DNA from: an uncultured Pelagibacteraceae bacterium
GTDB taxonomy: Bacteria; Pseudomonadota; Alphaproteobacteria; Pelagibacterales; Pelagibacteraceae
Assembly: GCA_902569465.1 (NCBI GenBank)
Contig: CACFUE010000001.1
Location: 800-64,799, forward strand
Direction: 5' to 3'
Length of the DNA: 64,000 nt
Below the pieces are notes generated by a model, which was not told the origin of the DNA, ran no database searches, and was given only the letters and a program-made list of their open reading frames with translations. The translations under genes were made by a program, and so were the position numbers. This document shows positions 55,852 through 64,000 of this stretch, one piece after another. The stretch's first letter is position 1. Each line of letters begins with the position of its first letter.

Positions 55852-58800
55852 GTTGCTTATTCAGGTCAATTTCAACTGCATCAATTCTCTTAGTATTTTT
55901 TCCAACAATTGTATAAATTGTGGGAATTACATAAAGTGTAAAAAAAGTTGAAAAAAGCATTCCACTAAAAATAGTTATTCCGACAGTAAGTCTACTTGCT
56001 GCACCTGGACCTGATCCCAGGATTAAAGGTAAGACCCCTATGATTGTAGACAAGCTCGTCATAAGTATAGGTCTTAATCTTATAGCTGCTGCCTCAAATA
56101 CAGCCACTTCTAAATTTTTACCTTCTTTTCTTAATTGATTTGCGAATTCAACAATTAGAATTCCATTTTTCGCTGAGAGTCCAATGAGTATTATAAGAGC
56201 TATTTGGCTATAAACGTTCAAAGATGAACCTACCACAAGTAAACCTAACAGACCTCCAAGTATGGCCATTGGTACAGTCAGCATTATTGTGAATGGATGT
56301 TTCCAACTCTCAAACTGCGCACTCATAGCAAGATAAGCTGTTATTAAAGCAAGTGCAAAAATTACGTATAACTCAGTGTTAGTTTTTTTATACTCCTCAC
56401 TTTCTCCCTTGTAAGCTATTTTTGCTTGAGGAGTATTTTGTTCAACCACTCCAACTAAAAACTTAAGTGCTTCATCTAAAGAATAATCACCAACCAGTCT
56501 AGCTGATATTGTTACTGCTTTTTGTCTATTATATCGGGCTAAGAAAGGTGACTGACCTTCCTCATCATATGTAACTAAGTTTGAAATCGATACAAGTTTA
56601 TTATTGTTTTTTGATCTTACAAAAACTTTACTTATACTATCAGGCTCTTGTCTATCTTTAATATCTCCTTGGAGAATAATAGAATATTCTTTACCATCTC
56701 TAGTAAAGTTAGTAACTCTTCTCGATCCAAATATAGTTTCAATAGTTTTACCTATATCTTCTGTTGAAACGCCAAGGTCAGCTGCTTTTTTTTGATCTAT
56801 TTTTACATTTAGTTGAGGTTTGTTTAGATCGAAATCATCTTCTATCGAAGTAAGTCCTGGATTTTTTCTTGCCTCCTTTTTAATGATTTCCTTCCATTCA
56901 ATAAGTTGATCATAAGTATTCCCTAAAATAACAAATTGCACAGGGCTCTCAATTCCCCCTGTTCTTATTCCTTGAGGCATTATTGGAAAAGCTAATACAC
57001 CCGGTACTTTTGAAATTTTTCCAAAAGACTCTCTCATTATTTGAACACCGTGACGATCTCTTTTTTTCCAAGGCTCAAGTAAAACAATAATAAAACCACT
57101 ATTTACTTGTTTTGCAGATTTACCAAACCCTGGCACTCTCATAATCAATTTTCTGTATTCACCTTTACCAACATTAGGTAATAAAAGGTTCTCAATTTCT
57201 TCAGCTCTATCTTTTGTAAAGTTAAAGCCGGAACCTTGTGGTGCTTTTACGATTACAAAGAATGCTCCTCTATCTTCAGGAGCAATTAATTCTTTTTTTG
57301 TAAAATTGAAAAAAAATAAAGTTAGAGCTAACGTGGCTAATAAAAAAATTGTAATAGTTGTTCTTTTTTTTATCCAACCTAGTAAAGATATTTTATACAA
57401 ATAAGTTAGGTTTTTTAAATATTTCTCAAATTTTAAAACTATTTTTGACTTATTCATATTTTGCTTTAGGAACTTACTGGCTAACATCGGGCTCAAAGAT
57501 AAAGCCACAAAACTAGATATAATGACAGCGGCTGCAAGTGTAATTGCAGTCTGAGTAAATAGTACACCTGTAATTCCTTTAATAAAGATTAAAGGAACAA
57601 ATACAGCAACTAAAACAACTGTTGTAGCTATAATCGCAAATGAAACTTGTTTAGCTCCTTTGAATGCTGCAACAAGTGGCGTATCACCTAGCTCTATTCT
57701 CCTCACAATATTTTCAAGCATTACAATCGCATCATCCACAACAATTCCAATTGCTAAAACCAAAGCCATTAAAGTGAAGAGATTTATTGAAAAATCAAAT
57801 ATATAAATTGCCAGAAAAGTGGAAATTAATGAAACAGGCAGAGCTACCAATGGAACAACTAGTGCTCTTATGTTTCCCAAAAACAGGTAAATTATTATAG
57901 TTACTAAAATCAACGCAATAAAAAGTGTTTTATAAACCTCTTTAATTGCGGCTTTTATGTAATTACTTCTATCGAATGAAACCTCTAAAGTTGTATTCGG
58001 GGGCAAACTAGGTTTGAGTTCTTTAATTTTTTTTTTAATCCCATCGGCAACTTCAATAGTATTAGCATCTGATTGTTGATAAATACCTATTCCAACTACT
58101 TGTTTTCCATTACCTTTAAATAAAGTACGCGTTGACTCTGCACCAAGCTCTACTCTTGCTACATCAGACAATGTAATAATTGATCCGTCAGACGCTCTTT
58201 TAAGGGGTAAATTTTTAAAATTTTCTAAATTACTATAAGCTTTATTAAGTTTAATCGTCAAATCTATATCTTTTGACTCTATTCTTCCAGCTGGAAACTC
58301 TACATTTTCTTTTCTAAGTACACTTTCTATTTCTTCTGTAGTCAAATCTCTAGCAGCAAGTGAGATCGGGTCCAGCCAAATCCTTAAAGATAATTCTCGT
58401 TGACCACCAAGTCTTACTCGACCTACTCCATCAACTGTAGAAAATGTATCTGTTAAATATCTATCCGCATAGTCTGTAAGTTCTAAGTCTGACATAGTTT
58501 CAGAGTTAAAAGATAACCACATTGTTGTACGCATACCTGCGCTTTGTTTAAATATTTCTGGTTGTTCAGCTCCTTCAGGTAAGTTATCTAAAACTCTAGA
58601 CACAGAACTTCTGACATCATTGGCAACATCATCTAAATCTAAATCAGTTTCAAAAGTTAAAGTAATTCTTGAACTTTCATCTTCACTAAAAGAATCAATA
58701 GTCTCTAAACCTGGAGTTCCTCCAACAAAATCCTCAATTTTTTGAGTGATCTGGGTATCAACTATTTCAGCCGAGGCACCTCTGTACTCAGTTTGTATTG

Positions 58801-58936
58801 TAACTACTGGGGGTTGAACGTCAGGCAATTCATCGGTTGGAATTTCTTGAAAAGTTACTAAACCAAATATTACTAAAACCAGACTCATTACTGAGGCTAC
58901 AACAGGTCTTTTGATTGAAAGGTCAGTTAAAAACAT
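55841..58936 (-). CDS. RND efflux permease, AcrB family
   Basis: 1031 aa; GIVVDDAIV, AKNGILIVEF, RLRPILMTS proton-relay motifs. Confidence 0.96.
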   Translation of the reverse strand: MFLTDLSIKRPVVASVMSLVLVIFGLVTFQEIPTDELPDVQPPVVTIQTEYRGASAEIVDTQITQKIEDFVGGTPGLETIDSFSEDESSRITLTFETDLDLDDVANDVRSSVSRVLDNLPEGAEQPEIFKQSAGMRTTMWLSFNSETMSDLELTDYADRYLTDTFSTVDGVGRVRLGGQRELSLRIWLDPISLAARDLTTEEIESVLRKENVEFPAGRIESKDIDLTIKLNKAYSNLENFKNLPLKRASDGSIITLSDVARVELGAESTRTLFKGNGKQVVGIGIYQQSDANTIEVADGIKKKIKELKPSLPPNTTLEVSFDRSNYIKAAIKEVYKTLFIALILVTIIIYLFLGNIRALVVPLVALPVSLISTFLAIYIFDFSINLFTLMALVLAIGIVVDDAIVMLENIVRRIELGDTPLVAAFKGAKQVSFAIIATTVVLVAVFVPLIFIKGITGVLFTQTAITLAAAVIISSFVALSLSPMLASKFLKQNMNKSKIVLKFEKYLKNLTYLYKISLLGWIKKRTTITIFLLATLALTLFFFNFTKKELIAPEDRGAFFVIVKAPQGSGFNFTKDRAEEIENLLLPNVGKGEYRKLIMRVPGFGKSAKQVNSGFIIVLLEPWKKRDRHGVQIMRESFGKISKVPGVLAFPIMPQGIRTGGIESPVQFVILGNTYDQLIEWKEIIKKEARKNPGLTSIEDDFDLNKPQLNVKIDQKKAADLGVSTEDIGKTIETIFGSRRVTNFTRDGKEYSIILQGDIKDRQEPDSISKVFVRSKNNNKLVSISNLVTYDEEGQSPFLARYNRQKAVTISARLVGDYSLDEALKFLVGVVEQNTPQAKIAYKGESEEYKKTNTELYVIFALALITAYLAMSAQFESWKHPFTIMLTVPMAILGGLLGLLVVGSSLNVYSQIALIILIGLSAKNGILIVEFANQLRKEGKNLEVAVFEAAAIRLRPILMTSLSTIIGVLPLILGSGPGAASRLTVGITIFSGMLFSTFFTLYVIPTIYTIVGKNTKRIDAVEIDLNKQLKK

Positions 58937-59809
58937 TTATTTGGCTGATTGAATAATTTTAATTTTAGCACTATCTCGCACTTTAGAAACACCTTCACTA
59001 ATTACAATATCTCCTTCACTTAATCCCGATATTACTGAAACTTTGCCAAAATTTCTTTTACCAATTTCAATATTTTTTTTTTCAGCAGTGTCATCAGTCA
59101 CAGTATAGACAAAAGCTGTATTTCCCTGAATTGTTACTGCGCTTTCTGGAACGCCAATTTGGTTTTTTTCATCATAGATAATTTTAACAGTCATTAATTG
59201 CCCTGGAATGATTTCAAAATTTGAATTGTCTACAATTATTCTTGATAAGATTGATCTAGTAGATGGGTCAATACGAGAACTTACTGTCTCTATTTTACCT
59301 TTAAAAACCTTTTTATAAGCCGAACTAGTAACTTCAGCTTTTAATCCTGTTTTAAGAACACCTACATAATTCTCAGGCACTTTTATATCTATTACAATAT
59401 TTTTTAGATCATCTAGAGTAATTATTAAACTTTCGGAACCCAATACACCCTGAGCTATTTCCCTTTTTCCTACTTTACCGGAAAAATCTGCAATTAAACT
59501 TTCACCATCTTTCAATGTAAGTATTTTTTCACCTTTTTTTACAAATCTGTTTTCAAGATTTAGCTTTCCGTTAATATTACTTGCCTGGACTCTATAAGCT
59601 TTTGAATTTTGAGCTATTGCTGTACCGAAAGTTTCAATACTTTTATAAAAAAGTGATTTCTCAACTTTAGAAACAATTACACCCGGAGCTGGTCTCACAC
59701 TAAATTTTTTTTTAAAATGTAGACCGATAAAATGTCTTGCTGCTATGATTGTAAATATAGCTATAAAAAAAATTATAAGAAAAGTTTTAATCTTTAAAGA
59801 AGTTGTCAT
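58937..59809 (-). CDS. RND periplasmic adaptor (MFP) lacking the alpha-helical hairpin
   Basis: N-terminal TM, FVKKGE and IADFSGKV lipoyl halves, IDPSTR, PGQL, GLSEGDIVI; abuts the RND gene. Confidence 0.88.
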   Translation of the reverse strand: MTTSLKIKTFLIIFFIAIFTIIAARHFIGLHFKKKFSVRPAPGVIVSKVEKSLFYKSIETFGTAIAQNSKAYRVQASNINGKLNLENRFVKKGEKILTLKDGESLIADFSGKVGKREIAQGVLGSESLIITLDDLKNIVIDIKVPENYVGVLKTGLKAEVTSSAYKKVFKGKIETVSSRIDPSTRSILSRIIVDNSNFEIIPGQLMTVKIIYDEKNQIGVPESAVTIQGNTAFVYTVTDDTAEKKNIEIGKRNFGKVSVISGLSEGDIVISEGVSKVRDSAKIKIIQSAK

Positions 59810-59812
59810 ATT

Positions 59813-60625
59813 TTAATTTAATCCGTATTCTGCCCATGAACCGTCATAGATAACAGGTTTTTTACCACTTATAATAGAATTAGCTAGCCCTAAAACACAC
59901 GCAGTAACTCCAGAACCGCATGTAAACGCCATTTCTTTCTCGACAGATACTTTTTTTGATTTAAAAATTTCAATTAATTCATCTTTTTTTTTTAAAGTTC
60001 TGTCTTTCTCTAAAAGTTGTTGGAAAGGAAGGTTTATTGATCCTTTAATGCTACCGCTTCTAAGTTCTTTACGGGGTTCTGGTTGCAAACCTAAAAATCT
60101 TTGTTCTCCTCTAGCATCTATTAATTGAATTTTTTTGCTAACAATGTTTTTATTTACCTCATCTTTGTTAATAACTAGAGAGGTATTCTCTTTTGCAATA
60201 TATTTCGATTTTTCAATATTTATTATTTTTTTTGATGTGGGACGTTCTTCATTTATCCATTTTTTAAAATCCCCATCTAATACTGAGATAAGTTTTGGGT
60301 CATGACCGAAATACAAAAAAGTATACCAAACTCTACAAGAGCTGAAAACATCTGAGTCGTCATAGACAACTACATGATCTGAATTTGATATTCCTAAGTC
60401 AGATACAATTATCTCCCAATCTTCCTTAGACGGAAGCATGTGTGGAAGGCTAGTTTTTTGATTAGAATTTTTATCTATATCAAAAAAGATAGAATTTATG
60501 ATATGATTTGATTTATACTCCTCAAATGAATTTCTATTAACATTTGGAAGATGCCAACTAGCGTCTAAAATCTTAACATTAACAAAATTTTTGGCCAACC
60601 ACTCTGTCGAAACTAATTGATTCAT
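59813..60625 (-). CDS. sseA: 3-mercaptopyruvate sulfurtransferase (rhodanese family)
   Basis: LVSTEWL, DASW, CGSGVTA, YDGSWAEY. Confidence 0.95.
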   Translation of the reverse strand: MNQLVSTEWLAKNFVNVKILDASWHLPNVNRNSFEEYKSNHIINSIFFDIDKNSNQKTSLPHMLPSKEDWEIIVSDLGISNSDHVVVYDDSDVFSSCRVWYTFLYFGHDPKLISVLDGDFKKWINEERPTSKKIINIEKSKYIAKENTSLVINKDEVNKNIVSKKIQLIDARGEQRFLGLQPEPRKELRSGSIKGSINLPFQQLLEKDRTLKKKDELIEIFKSKKVSVEKEMAFTCGSGVTACVLGLANSIISGKKPVIYDGSWAEYGLN

Positions 60626-61071
60626 TATCTATTTTTTTCAATATATTTTTGATGATATTCCTCAGCTTTACAATAGTTCTTGATTGCCGAGATATTAGTT
60701 TGAATTTTACCGTCTAATTTTTTATTAAATTCATTTAATATTTCAGATGCCTCTTTTTTTTGTTTTTCATTTTCATAAAAAATCTCACTTCTATATTGAG
60801 TTCCGACATCTGGATATTGCATATCTTTTTGCGTTGGATCATGCATTTTGAAAAATAAATCTAATATCTTTTTAAATGAAATAACATTTTCATCAAAAGT
60901 AAGTCTTACAACTTCAGCATGTCCAGTGCTGCCAGTACATACGTCTTCATAAGTTGTTTTCTTACTATTACCACCGGCATAACCTACTTCAGTTTCCAAT
61001 ATTCCCGGTTTATTTTTGAAGTTTTCCTCAGGTTTCCAAAAACAGCCAAGTGCGAGTGTACATTTCTGCAT
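60625..61071 (-). CDS. msrA: Peptide methionine sulfoxide reductase A, short form
   Basis: GCFW, GYAGG, GHAE, HDPT, GTQYRS, AEEYHQKY. Confidence 0.95.
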   Translation of the reverse strand: MQKCTLALGCFWKPEENFKNKPGILETEVGYAGGNSKKTTYEDVCTGSTGHAEVVRLTFDENVISFKKILDLFFKMHDPTQKDMQYPDVGTQYRSEIFYENEKQKKEASEILNEFNKKLDGKIQTNISAIKNYCKAEEYHQKYIEKNR

Positions 61072-61110
61072 AAGTTATCTAATATATTTTGAAGTTGAAA
61101 GGATAGTAAA

Positions 61111-61992
61111 TTGTTAACACAAAATCAAATAGGCGTATTGTACATGGTAGGAAGCGTTATCTGCTTTTCAATCATGGATATCTGTGTGAAATGGCTTGAT
61201 TATTATCCAGTTGGACAGGTTTTATTTTTAAGATTCTTTATAGGGTTTATTCCAATTTTTTTTATTATACCTAGAGACAAATTATTCAGTTTTTATAAAA
61301 CATCTAGACCCGGCCTTCATGCATTTCGAGCTATTTCTGGTGCAGCTGCAATCATTGCATTATTTGTAGGATTAAGAGAACTGCCATTGGCTGATGTTGT
61401 ATCTTTAACTTTTGGCGGACCAATATTCGTTACAGTGGCCTCAATTTTTTTCTTATCCGAGAGAGTCGGAATAAAAAGATGGTCAGCTGTATTTTTAGGT
61501 TTTATTGGCATGTTATTGATAGTGCAGCCAGCTTTTATAGATTTAAACTATTTCTACATTACACCAATAGTTTTTTGTATTTTCTTTGCTTGTGTAGCAA
61601 TAAGTGTAAGAGCTTTATCAAAAACAGAGCCTAACTACACAATTGCATTTTATTTTACTTTTCTCTGTACTTTACTTGGTCTTGGTTCAATATTTTTTGT
61701 GGAGTGGAAAATGCCAACTTTAATTGATTTTATTATTTTTGTAGTTATGGGCTTATGCGGAAGTATAGCAAATCTTCTTTTAACTCAAAGTTATAGATTA
61801 GCCGAAGCATCATTAGTTACACCAATTAAATATTTAAGTCTTGTGTTTGCAATTGTATTTGGATTTTTAATTTGGAGTGAGGTGCCTAAGATTTTAACAT
61901 TACTTGGTGCACTATTAGTTATAACAAGTTCATTAATAATATTTACAAGAGAGTCTCAACTTAAAAAACAAATAGTTAATCCAAGAGCATGA
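61111..61992 (+). CDS. DMT/EamA-family transporter
   Basis: About 10 TM segments, LSERVG, AEASLVTP; TTG start. Confidence 0.88.
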   Translation: MLTQNQIGVLYMVGSVICFSIMDICVKWLDYYPVGQVLFLRFFIGFIPIFFIIPRDKLFSFYKTSRPGLHAFRAISGAAAIIALFVGLRELPLADVVSLTFGGPIFVTVASIFFLSERVGIKRWSAVFLGFIGMLLIVQPAFIDLNYFYITPIVFCIFFACVAISVRALSKTEPNYTIAFYFTFLCTLLGLGSIFFVEWKMPTLIDFIIFVVMGLCGSIANLLLTQSYRLAEASLVTPIKYLSLVFAIVFGFLIWSEVPKILTLLGALLVITSSLIIFTRESQLKKQIVNPRA

Positions 61993-62612
61993 GAAAGCCA
62001 AGTTATTGGAATAAGGCTAAATCTATTTTGTCTAAAAAAGATAAAGTTATGAAAAAATTAATCAAACATTATAAGGACGGAGCACTTGTAACAAGAAATG
62101 ATGTTTTTTTCTCCCTTTGTAAAAGTATTATCGGCCAGCAAATAAGTGTAGCTGCTGCAAATTCAGTCTTCTCAAAATTTAAGAAAAGTTGCAAAGGGAA
62201 GATTACTGCAAAAAATGTTAATAAATTATCTCATCAAACTTTAAAAAAATGCGGATTAAGTAGGCAAAAAGTGAGAGGTATAAAGGATTTAGCAAAAAAA
62301 ATTATTACAAAAGAATTTAAACCTAATTTGATAAAAAAAATGACTGATGAAGAGGCCATCGAATATTTATCTAATTTAAGACAAATCGGCAGATGGTCCG
62401 CTGAAATGATTTTACTTTTTACTTTTAACAGATCAAATATTTGGCCATTGCAGGACATAGGTTTGCTGAGAGCAATATCAAATAACTATAAAAAAAAGTA
62501 TTTTCCCCCTAAGATTTTTTTGAACAAACTTTATAAAAGGTTTTCACCCTATTGTTCGGTTGCAACCTGGTATCTTTGGAGATCAATAGACGAAGAGCCG
62601 ATACAGTATTAA
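61989..62612 (+). CDS. alkA: DNA-3-methyladenine glycosylase II (HhH-GPD family)
   Basis: IIGQQIS, LRQIGRWSAEM helix-hairpin-helix, DIGL catalytic Asp. Confidence 0.85.
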   Translation: MRKPSYWNKAKSILSKKDKVMKKLIKHYKDGALVTRNDVFFSLCKSIIGQQISVAAANSVFSKFKKSCKGKITAKNVNKLSHQTLKKCGLSRQKVRGIKDLAKKIITKEFKPNLIKKMTDEEAIEYLSNLRQIGRWSAEMILLFTFNRSNIWPLQDIGLLRAISNNYKKKYFPPKIFLNKLYKRFSPYCSVATWYLWRSIDEEPIQY

Positions 62613-62896
62613 GCTCCTTCTATTGTTTGATGCTGACGTTCCGCGTGACCTTTAAGAATAGAATGTGCATCTTGATATTCTTTTGACTTATAAAAGCTAT
62701 TAGCTTGATCAAAAGATGCAAACTCGATTACGACCGTTCTAGGAGACTTCTCACCCTCATTAGATGTTGATCTACCGCCTCTAATTAAAAATTTTCCTTT
62801 GTATTTTTCAACTGCTACTCTAGCTTTAATTGCATATTCCTTTAGCTTTTCATCGCTAGCTATATTTTTATAAACACAAACTACATATCCTTTCAT
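62609..62896 (-). CDS. DUF1330-family protein
   Basis: GKFLIRGG, VVIEFASF...FYKSKEYQ. Confidence 0.85.
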   Translation of the reverse strand: MKGYVVCVYKNIASDEKLKEYAIKARVAVEKYKGKFLIRGGRSTSNEGEKSPRTVVIEFASFDQANSFYKSKEYQDAHSILKGHAERQHQTIEGA

Positions 62897-62929
62897 TTAC
62901 AACTCCTTAAAAATAAATTAGCTTTCTTC

Positions 62930-63457
62930 ATGGCAGATAAACTTATCATTGATTGGAAAGAGTACAATCAAATCGTAGAAAAATTAGCAATTCAGATCTA
63001 TAAAAGTGGTTTTAACCCAAATTTACTAATTGGAATTATGCGGGGCGGAGCCCCTATAATTGACGTATTAAGTAGAGTTTTTAAATTAAAATGTGCTTAC
63101 CTAGCTGTAGAGTCTTATTCAGGTGAGGGAACTGAGGATCAGCAAGGTGATTTAGTTTTTTCTAGAGAAATGAGTTCTACAGTTCAAGAGATGAGCGGTA
63201 ATATTCTCCTATGTGATGATTTATCAGATACTGGAGTTACTTTAAATAAAAGTATAGATTGGTTAAAAAAATACCCGCCGCTTAAAGGAAATATTAAAGC
63301 AATTAAAACAGCCGTTTTATGGAAGAAAAAAGACTCAACATTTGAACCAGATTTTTGTGCTCAAAGATTAGATAGTAATCCGTGGATTGTACAGCCCTTT
63401 GAACATTACGAAGAGATAAAAGTTGAAGATTTAATAAAAAAACATAAGAAGAATTAA
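62930..63457 (+). CDS. Type I phosphoribosyltransferase (Gpt-like purine salvage)
   Basis: MRGG, LLCDDLSDTGVT PRPP loop, WIVQPFE. Confidence 0.85.
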   Translation: MADKLIIDWKEYNQIVEKLAIQIYKSGFNPNLLIGIMRGGAPIIDVLSRVFKLKCAYLAVESYSGEGTEDQQGDLVFSREMSSTVQEMSGNILLCDDLSDTGVTLNKSIDWLKKYPPLKGNIKAIKTAVLWKKKDSTFEPDFCAQRLDSNPWIVQPFEHYEEIKVEDLIKKHKKN

Positions 63458-63460
63458 GTA

Positions 63461-63482
63461 AGGGCCAGATGACTCTGGCCCT
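63461..63482. terminator. GC-rich hairpin between convergent genes
   Basis: AGGGCCAGA-TGAC-TCTGGCCCT, a perfect 9-bp stem; no strong U tract on either strand. Confidence 0.6.
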
Positions 63483-63489
63483 AAAATTT

Positions 63490-64000
63490 TTAAGCTACGT
63501 AAAAACTTATTACGCTAAAGGCAGCAATTACCCAAATAGCTGGTGAAGTTTTTCCAAACTTTCCAGTAAATATTTGAATTAAAGCATAAGAGATGAATGC
63601 TAAAGCGATACCATTACTAATACTATAAGTTAATGGCATAGTTATCATAGCTACAACTGCTGGTCCAGACTCTGCTATGTCATTCCATTCAATATCAGTG
63701 ATGTTCCTTACAAACAAAATTGCCACATATAATAATGCTGCTCCATCTATTTCTTTAGGCAGACTAGTAGCTAAGGGTGAAAAGAATAAACATGCTAAGA
63801 ACAGAACTCCAATTACCAATGAAGTCATTCCTGTCCTCCCACCTGCTTTCACGCCTGCACCTGACTCAACGTAACTTGTGACTGTAGTTGTTCCCATCAT
63901 TGCACCTGCAACAGTCCCAACACTATCAGATAGCATTGCTTTATTTATGTCTTGCACTTTACCCTTTTTATCTACTTTACCTGCTACGTTAGCAACAGAT
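63490..64000 (-). CDS. NCS2/AzgA-like purine permease, 5' end outside the window
   Basis: GTTTVTSYVESGAGVKAGGRTG and PLTYSISNG; frame stays open to the window end. Confidence 0.9.
   Translation of the reverse strand, partial: SVANVAGKVDKKGKVQDINKAMLSDSVGTVAGAMMGTTTVTSYVESGAGVKAGGRTGMTSLVIGVLFLACLFFSPLATSLPKEIDGAALLYVAILFVRNITDIEWNDIAESGPAVVAMITMPLTYSISNGIALAFISYALIQIFTGKFGKTSPAIWVIAAFSVISFYVA

Overview
A very AT-rich, tightly packed core-genome segment of a streamlined marine alphaproteobacterium. Gene content, synteny and composition point to SAR11/Pelagibacterales; this is inferred, not confirmed by a search. About 65 CDSs are present and I saw no rRNA, tRNA, CRISPR array, transposase or prophage. 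Main blocks in order: maeB; murJ-trpS-nifU; tsaB-fur-miaB-phoH-ybeY-lnt-metK; nusA-infB-rbfA-rpsO-pnp; fabA-fabB-fabI; irr-katG; ubiE-ubiB-coaBC-dut-moeB; mutM-rpsT-dnaA-dnaN-gyrB-regB; a polyamine operon; regA; polA; chvIG-ahcY-tsaE-amgK-murU; an RND pump. Best leads: (1) irr followed by a katG / Fe(II)-2OG dioxygenase / DUF2061 unit, with two near-identical ICE boxes and a RegA-like box; (2) a decarboxylase / deoxyhypusine-synthase-like / ureohydrolase operon sitting between regB and regA, in which the 'ODC' lacks the ODC specificity Asp; (3) an RND adaptor with no alpha-helical hairpin; (4) RegB with Ser instead of Glu at His+1; (5) a rimP-leader-like terminator kept although rimP is absent here; (6) shortened TsaB and GyrB.
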